From: Octopus bimaculoides
Taxonomy: Eukaryota
NCBI RefSeq assembly: GCF_001194135.2
Contig: NC_068998.1
Coordinates: 14,179,594 to 14,217,231 of the forward strand
Length of the DNA: 37,638 nucleotides
Reading direction: 5' to 3'
Shown: piece after piece, positions 1 through 11,603 of the stretch
How positions within the stretch are numbered: position 1 is the stretch's first letter
Layout: every line of letters starts with the position of its first letter
The notes under the pieces: generated by a model
What the model saw: only the letters and a program-made list of their open reading frames with translations
The model's database searches: none
What the model was told of the DNA's origin: nothing
Translations under genes and position numbers: made by a program

Positions 1-1317
1 ATATATATATATGTGTGTGTGTGTGTGTGTATGTATGTGTGTGTGTGTGTGTGTATACGTATATTTATTTACAGACAGCTTGTTGGATAGATTGAAGGAG
101 AGAGACAATCAATAATATATTAAATTTAGGTTGACGCTTGCATTTACCGTTGCACTGAATATTATACAACGAAATAATACAACAAAAACGATTCTGATAT
201 AAGATACTATCACTAACGCTTTTGTTTGAAGAAAAGACAAATACCGCTAGGAGAATATTAACTAACTCATGGAAAGTAAATCAACTTACATTACTCGACA
301 AAATCTGTTTCACTGGAAACAATCAATTCTATACATTTTAATGTGTATCACGCACTCAAAATTTATAAAGCTTTTAGGTATCAAAATGATACCAGATTAG
401 TTCTGTAGCGCGCTAATAGATGGCAGTACCCGGTTGTTTGCACAGTGAGAGCTAGCAGCTACCTTCATAAGGCAGTGTGCTGAGTGACATCGCTTTGTTT
501 ACTTCGCAAGTTATCTCAACGAATTTTCTATAGAAATCAGAGCCAACACTGAAAGTTACGACGTTTCGTATACGAATACATCTATGTAAACAATGCAATG
601 GACGAGAGAAAAATAGGTATTGGGTGTATATGCATATTTCAGGAAATATCGCTCCTTCTTCAGCATCACATCCAACCCATTAAACATTCACGAAGACATT
701 ACCTATATAGCCACAAAATCTAGCGGTGTAATACATTTGTATATACTAATTTTACCATTAAACATTCCTGGAAATTGGTAATTTAATATATTTGGTAGTA
801 TACTGTGGTTGCATAGCGAAATATGATGGCACTATCAACTATTATATGTACGCATTGGTTATTATGAATGTGCTTAATATATAAAATTGGGATACACAAC
901 TGTGTAACATCGTTAAATTTAGTGGCTATTTAAACAATTGCTACCAAGCTTATTTCAGACTAATAACAGAGGAAAATTACTCTTCGAACAATGTCATATT
1001 TATACACCCAAAAGAGATCGTACTACTAATGCATAAATCGCTGCATATAAATACGCAACAATATGCAATTAATGCAATCGAAACACGTGTCTAGCAATTA
1101 TTATGAATAAACCAACTGTAAATAAACGTAAAGTTTGAATGTTCAAATTCTTCATTCTCCTTCTTATTATACTTTACACTCTAAGTAGCCTGGAAAAGAT
1201 CTATAACATCGGATGGGAGTTAAAGAAAATTTACCATAAAACGCAACATCTGAAGGAAACACCCTTGGCATTTTACATAGAGACATTCGGTATCTGCCTA
1301 GATATTATATCCCTCCT

Positions 1318-1367
<50 letters not shown>

Positions 1368-1710
1368 NNNNNNNNNNNNNNNNNNNNNNNNNNNNNNNNN
1401 NNNNNNNNNNNNNNNNNNNNNNNNNNNNNNNNNNNNNNNNNNNNNNNNNNNNNNNNNNNNNNNNNNNNNNNNNNNNNNNNNNNNNNNNNNNNNNNNNNNN
1501 NNNNNNNNNNNNNNNNNNNNNNNNNNNNNNNNNNNNNNNNNNNNNNNNNNNNNNNNNNNNNNNNNNNNNNNNNNNNNNNNNNNNNNNNNNNNNNNNNNNN
1601 NNNNNNNNNNNNNNNNNNNNNNNNNNNNNNNNNNNNNNNNNNNNNNNNNNNNNNNNNNNNNNNNNNNNNNNNNNNNNNNNNNNNNNNNNNNNNNNNNNNN
1701 NNNNNNNGCG

Positions 1711-1744
<34 letters not shown>

Positions 1745-2926
1745 CACACACACACACACATGTATATCACCACTGTAAGCAGTTGGAGCACTGCGAATTT
1801 AACGCGTACTTTGTTCTTTTATCATACTGAGTTCACTTCCACATGTAGAAAAAGGGTATCTGCAATAGGCCAACTTTCTCTTCGATGGAGTGAAGAAACG
1901 AGATTTATCTGTCAATCGATTAACGTGTTGGAATTCGAAGGTAAAGCTGCACAGTAGCCATTTTGACCCCTGTTCTTCATATCTAGATTTATTTTAATTT
2001 CATTTCAAACTTCAATAATTGGTGAAAGTGTGATATCCATATCAAGTTTCTTTACAACATAAAAGTCACTACGTCTTTTTCTACTTTACTGAATTGATCT
2101 TGATTACAAAAATATACCTATGCCTTCTATTTGAAGCCATATTCAGAAACTATGACAAAAAGAACCAATTAGTATATATATATATATATATATATATATA
2201 TNNNNNNNNNNNNNNNNNNNNNNNNNNNNNNNNNNNNNNNNNNNNNNNNNNNNNNNNNNNNNNNNNNNNNNNNNNNNNNNNNNNNNNNNNNNNNNNNNNN
2301 NNNNNNNNNNNNNNNNNNNNNNNNNNNNNNNNNNNNNNNNNNNNNNNNNNNNNNNNNNNNNNNNNNNNNNNNNNNNNNNNNNNNNNNNNNNNNNNNNNNN
2401 NNNNNNNNNNNNNNNNNNNNNNNNNNNNNNNNNNNNNNNNNNNNNNNNNNNNNNNNNNNNNNNNNNNNNNNNNNNNNNNNNNNNNNNNNNNNNNNNNNNN
2501 NNNNNNNNNNNNNNNNNNNNNNNNNNNNNNNNNNNNNNNNNNNNNNNNNNNNNNNNNNNNNNNNNNNNNNNNNNNNNNNNNNNNNNNNNNNNNNNNNNNN
2601 NNNNNNNNNNNNNNNNNNNNNNNNNNNNNNNNNNNNNNNNNNNNNNNNNNNNNNNNNNNNNNNNNNNNNNNNNNNNNNNNNNNNNATATATATATATATA
2701 TATATATATATAATTGGATTGCACAATGCTGTGAACTAAAAGTGACAATATTTGCTGAATAATCGACTCAAAAGCGTTATGCTACATTAGTATATAACGA
2801 AGTGTCTTCAATCGTGCTACTACCAACTTTAGCTTAACAAAACATGCATGTGTGATATACTAATATGTATGTATGTCTGTATGTATGTATAATTATGTAT
2901 ATGTGTGTATGTATGAATAATTATGA

Positions 2927-2992
<66 letters not shown>

Positions 2993-3620
2993 TTCGTAGA
3001 TGTAAGATATATCAGTATAAGTTTTACTAGGTCACTGTATTAATGTAATAGGATATAATATAATAATTGACTTTCGTATATATAGGGTACCGAGTCGACT
3101 GAGTACCGAACGAACCAATCAAGAGATCAATGGCTTGCCTCGCATCACCGGTTTGTGTAGCGTATTTGTAGCTATTACATTACTAAGACAAACTCCAATT
3201 GTTCTCAGAAGGAAATCTCTTTTGCTGAGAATGGTAGGGTTTCATCCACAGAATTTTTTTCTTTCATTCGTTTTACTGACAGAAGTTATAGACAGGCTTC
3301 ATGAATTTGTGATTCGAAAAAAAAAAACAACAAAAAATGGAATTCGTGCTACAAAAGTGGAATACATGTAGCTGGACATGATAACAATAGAGTTTGCAAC
3401 GAAGATGATATTCATCTTACGATGCACAAGACACAATGCTGACAATGCTGATGATAAGAGGAGCGTGATGTTGTCTTGGAGGAAGAGGAAGAGGTTGATT
3501 ATGATCAGGGTATGACGAGGAAGTGAAGAGAAGCAGATAATGTTGTTGATGAGGCTCACGAAGACTATGATGCCAATGATTACCGGGGAGAGAGACGGTA
3601 AAAAATATGTAGCAGCTTCC

Positions 3621-3621
3621 A

Positions 3622-3692
<71 letters not shown>
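3621..3692. repeat. (ACT)24 trinucleotide microsatellite
   Basis: Direct reading; explains the poly-Tyr ORF. Confidence 0.95.
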
Positions 3693-3954
3693 ATGATTAG
3701 AGTGAGTCTAGCAGTAAAGCAACGATAAAGGCATGTGGCCAATTTAAAGTAAAAAATATGTTTTTTGTTTGTTTTGGCTGAGAGTCGTAGCTGGTTGTTG
3801 AAGCAAGGTATCATCTGTCAACCAAGGATTCATGGGTTTCCCTAGTAAAATGGTACGCCGTGAAGTCTTTCTAATTTTATCACAAGGCCAGCAATTTGGA
3901 AGGCAGGGCGTTATTCAATTACACCGATTCCAGTAATTGATTATTTTTTTTTTA

Positions 3955-4171
3955 TCATTTCGTTTCTGTCATTTGACTGCGACCATGCTGGAGCACCACC
4001 TTTAGTCGAGCAAATCGACCCCAGGACTTATTCCTTGGAAGCCTAGTACTTATTCTATCGGTTTCTCTTGCCGAACCCGATAAGTTACGGGGACGTAAAC
4101 ACACTAGCATCGGTTGTCAAGCGATGTTGGTGGGTGGGAGGACAAACACAGACACACAAACATATACACAC

Positions 4172-4258
<87 letters not shown>

Positions 4259-4425
4259 TACATATATACGACGGGCTTCTTTCAGTTTCCGTCTACCAAA
4301 TCCACTCACAAGCCTCTGGTCGGCCCGAGGCTATAGTAGAAGACACTTGCCCAAGGTGCCACGCAGTGGGACTGAACCCGGAATCATGTGGTTGGTAAGC
4401 AAGCTACCTACCACACAGCCACTCC
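3955..4425 (-). mobile_element. Near full-length tRNA-headed SINE, family S-C, with CORE-like motif and internal (TA)n/(TG)n
   Basis: Minus strand ggagtggctgtgtggtaggtagcttgc...ccgggttcagtccc (A/B boxes), ggcaccttgggcaagtgtcttctactatag, internal microsatellite, tail ...ggtggtgctccagcatggtcgcagtcaaatgac; homologous to other copies in the window. Confidence 0.9.
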
Positions 4426-4598
4426 TGAGCAATTTTCTCCAGGTTCTACTTCTAGATTCGGCTGTTGCGTGTGAGAATTAATGCGAATCAGATATAATCA
4501 GAGTTTATCGACTCAAAGCGTTCATTGGCAGTGTCGTTCGAACGTAGACCAGAAAGCTTTGCCATTTTCATTCCAGCTGTCTGTGCTCTTAATACAAA

Positions 4599-4662
4599 GC
4601 CAAGTTTTTCTCATCCTTTCAATACAAATCATGTAGACGCCAAGTTTTTCTCATCCTTTCAA
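4599..4662. repeat. 24-bp direct repeat, period 40
   Basis: gccaagtttttctcatcctttcaa at 4599-4622 and 4639-4662, within a decayed S-B-like tail. Confidence 0.9.
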
Positions 4663-4701
4663 GGTTGATAAAAAAAAGTGCTAGTCGAGTATTATGGTAT
4701 A

Positions 4702-4840
4702 AAGGCACGTAGCCTCGTGTTAGGGTGTTTCACTCACGATCGTAAGACAGTGATTTCAATTCCTGGACTGAACAGTGCATAGTGTTCTCGAGCAGAACAC
4801 TTCATTTCACATTACTCCAATTTACTCACCTGTAAAATTA
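4702..4840 (+). mobile_element. tRNA-headed CORE-like SINE, family S-D
   Basis: aaggcacgtagcctcgtgttagggtg...cactcacgatcg...gatttcaattcc (A/B boxes), then gtgttctcgagcagaacacttcatttcac...cctgtaaaat, similar to the CORE domain. Confidence 0.7.
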
Positions 4841-5813
4841 GTTCCATTGATCGTCTTACTGTATTCTAAAATATACCTGTAAAGTATTAACCTCCCCAAA
4901 GTAGAGATGCTGTGTACGGACAAATAAATGATAAGTTGAAAGTGCTCTCAAAATGGAATAAAGTATTTGGTTGTGACTAAGAGAAACCTTCTAAGGTTTT
5001 TGATAGAACCCATCCTCAAGGAGAAAAGAGAGAAAGATATAAAACACCAAAACAATATCAACGAACTTAACTTCACCAAATGAATAAGTCAATAAATTAA
5101 GAAAATGAAAGAAAGCAAAGAGGAAACAATTAATCATTTTTGTTCAGCTTTCTTCGACGACGAGTTCCGCCCTAAATGTTAGACCATTAGGCTTCTTATC
5201 CTCAGGGCAAACTAATTAATTCCATTTGCGAATTTTGTGTATTTACCCCATACTAAGCTAAAATGGAATCTGATAAATTCTGCACTGCATGGCTTATATA
5301 ATCGTTGATAGCATGAATTTTCATAAGCGGCTGAAATTCAATTTAAGTTCAAGACCAATGGCTTGCGTATATTCGAGGCACGAAAACACACCCTATTGAT
5401 TTACTATAAATCAATGTTTCATGCAGATACTATGTCTGGTTTCAGTTAAAGGCAATATGCTAACCAATTGTTACTTTCACTCCTTCCCTTTATCCCATCT
5501 CTCTCTCACTCTCTCACTCTTTGTCTCTCAACATACGCACGCAGACATACACATATGCATTTCCGGTTTACCTCAAATTAACGTTCAAGATAACATTTTC
5601 AACAAAGCTGTATTGACGACTTTTATTGTTTTGTACTGCGAAATTAACTAAAAAATTATGTATATATGTGTGCGAGTGTGTAATTGTGCATGCGTGCGTG
5701 TGTGTGTGTGTGAGACCGTTCGCGTACGGTCATTACTCTGTTGAATCGCGTCTCTGCAACCTGAGAAAAAGAAGTAAATATTTGCAGTCAAAATAGGAAA
5801 GACAAAAAAGGTT

Positions 5814-5819
5814 GCTTAC
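5814..5819 (-). other. 5' splice donor ending the OPR TM1-6 exon (phase 1)
   Basis: Minus strand reads GCT CAA A|GTAAGC, a consensus GTAAG donor located between TM6 and TM7, where VP/OT-family receptors have their conserved intron. Confidence 0.85.
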
Positions 5820-6795
5820 TTTGAGCTGAGCTCAACTCTACATCGTAAGTTCGAGCCATGAGAACAGTAAAAAATGGCGTATAGCATATGATAAAACATG
5901 CCACGACAGAAAAAGTCAGTTTGATGGTTTTGATCTTTGATTTGGAAACACCACGACAGATAGCTCGCGGGTTGCGTGATGAATCTTTTTCCCTTGCGTC
6001 CGAGTAATTCTTCACTCGGTTCTCCGACGACGTTTGGGAGGAGATCCGGCATTTGATCGGCTTGCGTACGTATCTTGATGCCGAGCTACCGACTGACTGC
6101 GTGCATTCACGACCGCGCATGCTCTGCCACACAACGAAGCATATTCTACCATAGAAGAAGATCAACAGAAGCAAAGGAACAAAGAAGACGGAACAGAAAG
6201 CCCACCAGCTGTAGGCGATGTTTGCAAGTTCTGTGGTGAGGTTGGGTCGGCATAATTTTCCACCATGGAAATCGACAAGTACTGCATCCAGTTGTGGCAA
6301 TGAACACATCAGGGCCAAAAACAAAGCCAAAGCCGTGGTCATATGAACTCGTCGATTGGTCCACATGTGGGCAGCAAGTGGGTGACATATAGAGATATAA
6401 CGATCCAAGGCGGTGACAATGAGTACGAATGAAGAAGCGTAAAGTTCGGCGACGGTGATAAACTGATACACTCGACAGGCAGATATGTCTCCGAGGAAAT
6501 AGACGTTGATTTTGAGAATAATAGTAGGAAGAATATGGAAGAGAGCTACGGAAATGTCTGTAACGCTCAAATACACGATCAAAAGCTGCATTCGAGTCAG
6601 AGTTGTTTTCTTGATGCGTAGTACGATTAATACGACTGCATTTCCGAACAGAGCCATGAAGCATAGAATACACAGGACCATAATTTCAAATTTACCCAAT
6701 TCGTCATCGTATTGAGGAAATATTGTGACGTTGTTGTAGACACGTGTTGTTGTACTAATCCAAGGACGGAGGTTTTCTTCTGTGAAGTTTTCCAT
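5820..6795 (-). CDS. OPR: Octopressin receptor (vasopressin/oxytocin-family class A GPCR), large coding exon covering N-terminus to ECL3 (TM1-TM6, 325 codons + 1 nt); TM7/C-tail exon not found in the window
   Basis: Six hydrophobic helices with class A motifs: GN in TM1 (LFGNAVV), D2.50 (LSVTD), C3.25, DRY (ALDRYISICHPL), SLPQL in TM4, P5.50 (FFVP), CYTP in TM6, and the KSKIKTIKLT segment typical of VP/OT receptors. N-glycosylation sequons at N3, N22, N185. Kozak-like caaagATGG. The N-terminus MENFTEENL..W..TTTRVYNNVTIFP.YDDELGKFEIMVLCIL matches my recollection of the Octopus octopressin receptor (no database search run). The ORF-track tail SKQPFLSFLF is intronic read-through. Confidence 0.9.
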
Positions 6796-6885
6796 CTTTG
6801 CTTCCGATTAAGTGTGAAGATGAGGAACGTTAACGTTCGAAGAATTTAACAGAATTTAACCTGCAAAAATCCAAAAAGAAAAGCA
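6796..6885 (-). other. 5' UTR part of the OPR exon (6796-6860) and upstream 3' splice acceptor (AG at 6862-6861)
   Basis: Minus strand ctgcttttctttttggatttttgcAG|gttaaattc...: polypyrimidine tract plus CAG, 65 nt before the ATG, with no upstream ATG in those 65 nt. Confidence 0.7.
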
Positions 6886-7170
6886 GTATAAATATAAGAT
6901 AAAATAAAATCAAGAATTAAAAAGAAAATAATAATTAAGAGAAAATATTTTTAAAAAATTGCGAAGAAATGATTACTTAAATTGTAGTTATTTGTAGTTT
7001 GCTGGTATGGTTTAGAGTTAATTGCAATAACGTTTGTTATAATTACACAATTAAACGTGTACATAAACACCCACTCTGAAAATATATTAATTATACATAA
7101 TTTAATAATTATATAGTTACAACACTACGTAATATTTTTTTACATTATCGAGTTTAGGATGAAAGTAAAA

Positions 7171-7290
7171 TACACACGCATACATACGCACATACACGCA
7201 TGCACACACACACATGCACACACAAAGACGTATTCGCACACACACGCACATACATGCATGCACACACACACACATGCACACACACACATG

Positions 7291-7327
<37 letters not shown>

Positions 7328-7360
7328 TCACACATATAGACACACTCATACACACAGACT
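7171..7360. repeat. Compound (CA)n/(CT)n microsatellite
   Basis: Direct reading. Confidence 0.9.
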
Positions 7361-7650
7361 CAAAAGCACTAACAAAAATCACTTTACATAAGATAAGTCA
7401 TAACGGATCGAACTGATAGTGTGTAGGACAACCAGCCAAATAATCGATACTTCGTATATTCACTTATCGCAACGATTGGCTTTGTGTAAATGATAATGAC
7501 TTTTAATCCGAGATTATTGAAATAAGTTTGCAAAAAAAAAATTTCCACCTTCGGAAGATATATTTCACCTGTTCAATCTGCGATTCTTCTGTTGTAAAAC
7601 TAATTTATTTTAACTAATAACAAGGGTTCTATAATTCATTGGGGAATTGT

Positions 7651-7706
7651 TTGTGTGATGTTCAAAACTTTCCTAGGGCGTTGTGTGATGTTCAAACCTT
7701 TCCTAG
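7651..7706. repeat. 26-bp direct repeat, period 30
   Basis: ttgtgtgatgttcaaa(a/c)ctttcctag at 7651-7676 and 7681-7706, one mismatch. Confidence 0.9.
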
Positions 7707-7899
7707 AAGTGTAAACTAACTTCATCCAGGAATTAAAACTAATTTCTCAATGCTCTTTGGTACTATTTTATTCCCAACTTGCGGTGCTGGGTTCATATCT
7801 GCCCACAAAATGTCAAGCAACATGAAATTACTCCATAATATTCTCTCTGATGGGTTAATACATGAATGTTTTCAAAGAAATTTAAAGTGCCTACGTGAT

Positions 7900-7925
7900 A
7901 ACAGTAGGTCTACTTTTGGGTCACG

Positions 7926-7928
<3 letters not shown>
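7900..7928. mobile_element. Isolated Tc1/mariner-like terminus
   Basis: ...ctacttttgggtcacgctg|TA(TA)n resembles cagggtgacccaaaa-type TIRs; no partner end found. Confidence 0.3.
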
Positions 7929-7972
<44 letters not shown>

Positions 7973-8352
7973 GAGGTTTGAATTTTCTAGAGCATTTTTC
8001 CTTTTTATTACGATGTGACTGAAAGAAATTTAGTTGATTTCTTTTGAGATCAGTTCACCACATTGTATTAAGGTGTGTGAAATTGAGTGGTGTGAAGTTC
8101 AATTTCTCAGTGACACCTTCACAACCTTAGTGTAGAGATGAATGAAAATGAAAGTACAATATGATAGCAGGGGTGAGGTCATTGCATCTTGTGCCATAAC
8201 CCTTTGAATAGATGTACCGTATCTTATAAACCAATGAGGATTTCATCTTCAGTTTCTGTCGTTGTTGCTGTTGTTTAACCCAAGCTCAGCTCTGACTGAG
8301 TTGATATATGATCAAAAATAGTCTACCCGTGAACTTGCCACCTGTTTCTCCC

Positions 8353-8386
<34 letters not shown>

Positions 8387-9198
8387 NNNNNNNNNNNNNN
8401 NNNNNNNNNNNNNNNNNNNNNNNNNNNNNNNNNNNNNNNNNNNNNNNNNNNNNNNNNNNNNNNNNNNNNNNNNNNNNNNNNNNNNNNNNNNNNNNNNNNN
8501 NNNNNNNNNNNNNNNNNNNNNNNNNNNNNNNNNNNNNNNNNNNNNNNNNNNNNNNNNNNNNNNNNNNNNNNNNNNNNNNNNNNNNNNNNNNNNNNNNNNN
8601 NNNNNNNNNNNNNNNNNNNNNNNNNNNNNNNNNNNNNNNNNNNNNNNNNNNNNNNNNNNNNNNNNNNNNNNNNNNNNNNNNNNNNNNNNNNNNNNNNNNN
8701 NNNNNNNNNNNNNNNNNNNNNNNNNNNNNNNNNNNNNNNNNNNNNNNNNNNNNNNNNNNNNNNNNNNNNNNNNNNNNNNNNNNNNNNNNNNNNNNNNNNN
8801 NNNNNNNNNNNNNNNNNNNNNNNNNNNNNNNNNNNNNNNNNNNNNNNNNNNNNNNNNNNNNNNNNNNNNNNNNNNNNNNNNNNNNNNNNNNNNNNNNNNN
8901 NNNNNNNNNNNNNNNNNNNNNNNNNNNNNNNNNNNNNNNNNNNNNNNNNNNNNNNNNNNNNNNNNNNNNNNNNNNNNNNNNNNNNNNNNNNNNNNNNNNN
9001 NNNNNNNNNNNNNNNNNNNNNNNNNNNNNNNNNNNNNNNNNNNNNNNNNNNNNNNNNNNNNNNNNNNNNNNNNNNNNNNNNNNNNNNNNNNNNNNNNNNN
9101 NNNNNNNNNNNNNNNNNNNNNNNNNNNNNNNNNNNNNNNNNNNNNTATATATATATATATATGACAATAAAATATATATATATGCATGACAATGAAAT

Positions 9199-9409
9199 AT
9201 TGGTTTCAAATTTTGGCACAAGTCCAGCTAGATCAGGGGAGGGGTTAATTGATTTCCTCGACCCCAGAGTTCAACAGGTACTTATTTTATCGAACCCGGA
9301 AGGGAAGAAAGGCAAAGTTAACCTCAGCAGAATTTGAATTTAGAACGTAAAGACGGAAAATATGCCGTTAAGCATTTTGCTCGGCGTGCTAAAGATTCTA
9401 CCTGTTCGC
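9199..9409 (-). mobile_element. SINE S-B, near full length
   Basis: Homologous to 29495-29693 (tcgacccc, gtacttattttatcga, aaaggcaaagt.aacctc, gaatttgaa, cgtaaagac, taagcattt) and ends in ttgtgccaaaatttgaaaccaat. Confidence 0.85.
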
Positions 9410-9859
9410 AACATTGTGACAATAAAGTATTAAAATTAGAAACGCTAAAATGGAATGCCACATCATATTATTAGCTTGAACGATGCACTTGTCTGGCAAG
9501 TGATTTGATGGGAGATTGTGTGTCGAAACTAAAACAATTACGGCATGGGAAACATATATTAGTCATTAAAAAACACAGAAGCTGTTATCTTCACTTTGGC
9601 ATTCATTATTTGGTGTGAAATTTTTCGTTTCAGTGACTACAACCTGGTCACTGGTATTGTAAACAATAGAACTATGTCAATGACCCGTTCACAGTTACTG
9701 AAACGAAAAGTTTGATGCCAAATAATGGATGTTTAAGTGAAAAATCACAGTTTTGGGAGTAATTTTGAGTGTCTAATACGTAATTGCTATTCACGGTATC
9801 GGCCAGACTATCGGGTGTTGTTTCACATCGCTGGTCACAATGCGCTTCGCATTATTTTT

Positions 9860-10082
9860 GCATTCGAATGATGCCACCCCGCTGGCTAGGCAAACATGTC
9901 AATATTACCCCTAATCGGAAGGTTAGCCCATTGCAGGGTTACCCATTTACAGTTGAAAGGACTGGAGCAGCGTGAAATGAAGTGTCTCGCCCAAGAAAAC
10001 AGCTCGCCGCTCAGTCCGGGTGTCGAACTTATGAGCTAGCGATCGTGAGTGCAGCACCCTAACCGCTAGGTCATTCGTCTTC
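9860..10082 (-). mobile_element. tRNA-headed CORE-like SINE, family S-D
   Basis: Minus strand gaagacgaatgacctagcggttagggtgctgcactcacgatcg...gttcgacacccgg...cttgggcgagacacttcatttcacgctgctccagtc...ctgtaaatggg; shares blocks with 4702-4840. Confidence 0.75.
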
Positions 10083-11438
10083 ACTATTTGCTATTATGAG
10101 TGATGAAATTCTTTAAATCACCCATCTCAAAATCGTAGCGATGATGTATATAGATAATGTTACTAAAATTTTCCATATATATCTCCCACGCAAACAACAC
10201 AATAACGCAAATAATTTCGAATTGTTAGAACATTCTTTGGCTGTGTCTACCCACATATCATCATTCCAATTAATTTCTGTTTCCTAGTTCACCAAATGTT
10301 AGTGTCTCTTTCTCTCTGTCTCTTTCACACTTTCTTCTTCTTTCTCTATGGAAGACGCCTTATGTTTCACAGATTTACAAACATTACACATTTTCGATGA
10401 TGCATTTTATCTCAAGTTTCTTCAGCTGTATCCCTTATATTTCCTCTAATGTTTCATAGAAACATTCTTGGAAAGATTTCTACGACGAGGAAAGAAAGCT
10501 GTTGTGATGTGGGTTTTGGGTTTTAAGGTTTGGAGTTTACAGTGAGAGTAAAGAATCGGATAGAAACAAAATAACAAGCACTTGGGGGGTATATTTACAT
10601 ATCGTCATACCATTTATATTTATTTGTAATCCGAGGCGTTTCTTGTAAAGTTGATATACCATATGTAAAAATACAATAATAATAATAATCTTTTATGTTG
10701 TATCTCCACTCTCTTTCCCGCTATCTTAGTCTATGTAATATAGATTTACGTACGTATGAGCAAGATTATGTGTTTACTTGGGTGGATGTGTTGTCTTGTT
10801 TTGTCTTCTCTCAACTATCGTGGTAAGAAAGTTAGGTTCAAATAGCTACCCAGCTGTTGTAAATATTGATAGATAGACGGCTGGCTGTGATAAACAAAAG
10901 GGAGGAAAAAAATAACCACGAAAAACCGAAATACTACCGTGAGAGCACGCACATACATTCCTTCTGTTCCTTTGTTCCATATGCATACATACATACATCA
11001 ACTCACGCATATACACACATATACACAGATATTCAATCGCACGTGTATATATGTATGAAAAGCACAGAGCACAAGTAATCTCAAATGTACACGCACACAC
11101 ACGCATACACACACAAACATAAAAAAATGACTGTTACGTTAAATATATATCCAATGTATGCATATTTGGAAGTGTATGCGTGTGAATGCATGTATATATG
11201 ACTGTACTATTGTATTTATGAGAATGACTGTGTTTTAATGTATAAGTCTGGTCCGTGAATATAGACACTGACGTTTCAGTTGTTTCATGTATTTATTATT
11301 ATAATAAGGTGGTGAAGGCAAAAGAAAATAAGAAACAGTGCCAATCATCCAACATAAGATTTTATAAGAGTAGAAGTAAGAGACTGATAGAGGGTAGTAA
11401 TTGTTTTTATTTTTATTTTACACACACACGCACACAAA

Positions 11439-11532
11439 GTCGGCGAGCTGGCAGAAACGTTAGCATGCCGGGCGAAATGCTTGGTGGTATTTCGTCTGCC
11501 GCTACCTTCTGAGTTCAAATTCCGCCGAGGTC
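11439..11532 (+). mobile_element. SINE S-B 5' part
   Basis: gtcggcgagctggcagaaacgttagcatgccgggcgaaatgc...ttctgagttcaaattccgccgaggtc is the reverse complement of 29598-29693. Confidence 0.85.
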
Positions 11533-11603
11533 TCAATAAACACGACGCCGAGTCTGGGAATCGAAATTGCGATTCTATGACCCTTAACCACTGGGCCATT
11601 GCG

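Noticed and set aside
3340-3620. Acidic protein-like stretch (EEEEEVDYD, DEAHEDYD)
   Set aside because: It changes frame repeatedly and looks like a decayed (GAT/GAG)n tract.
3810-3830. Minus-strand NPW as a candidate TM7
   Set aside because: It reads NPWLT with no hydrophobic helix, no NSC motif and no suitable acceptor.
5788-5819. Last 10 codons (SKQPFLSFLF) of the 335-aa ORF as the true C-terminus
   Set aside because: They begin exactly at a consensus donor and TM7/NPxxY is missing; kept only as a hypothetical isoform.
5816-6715. ORFs 5816-6052, 6146-6673 and 6506-6715 overlapping OPR
   Set aside because: Alternative-frame or antisense shadows of the GPCR exon with no recognisable motifs.
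8070-8119. Imperfect inverted repeat (aaggtgt..gaaattga / tcaatttc..acacctt) as a pre-miRNA
   Set aside because: The stem is short and bulged; no support without small-RNA data.
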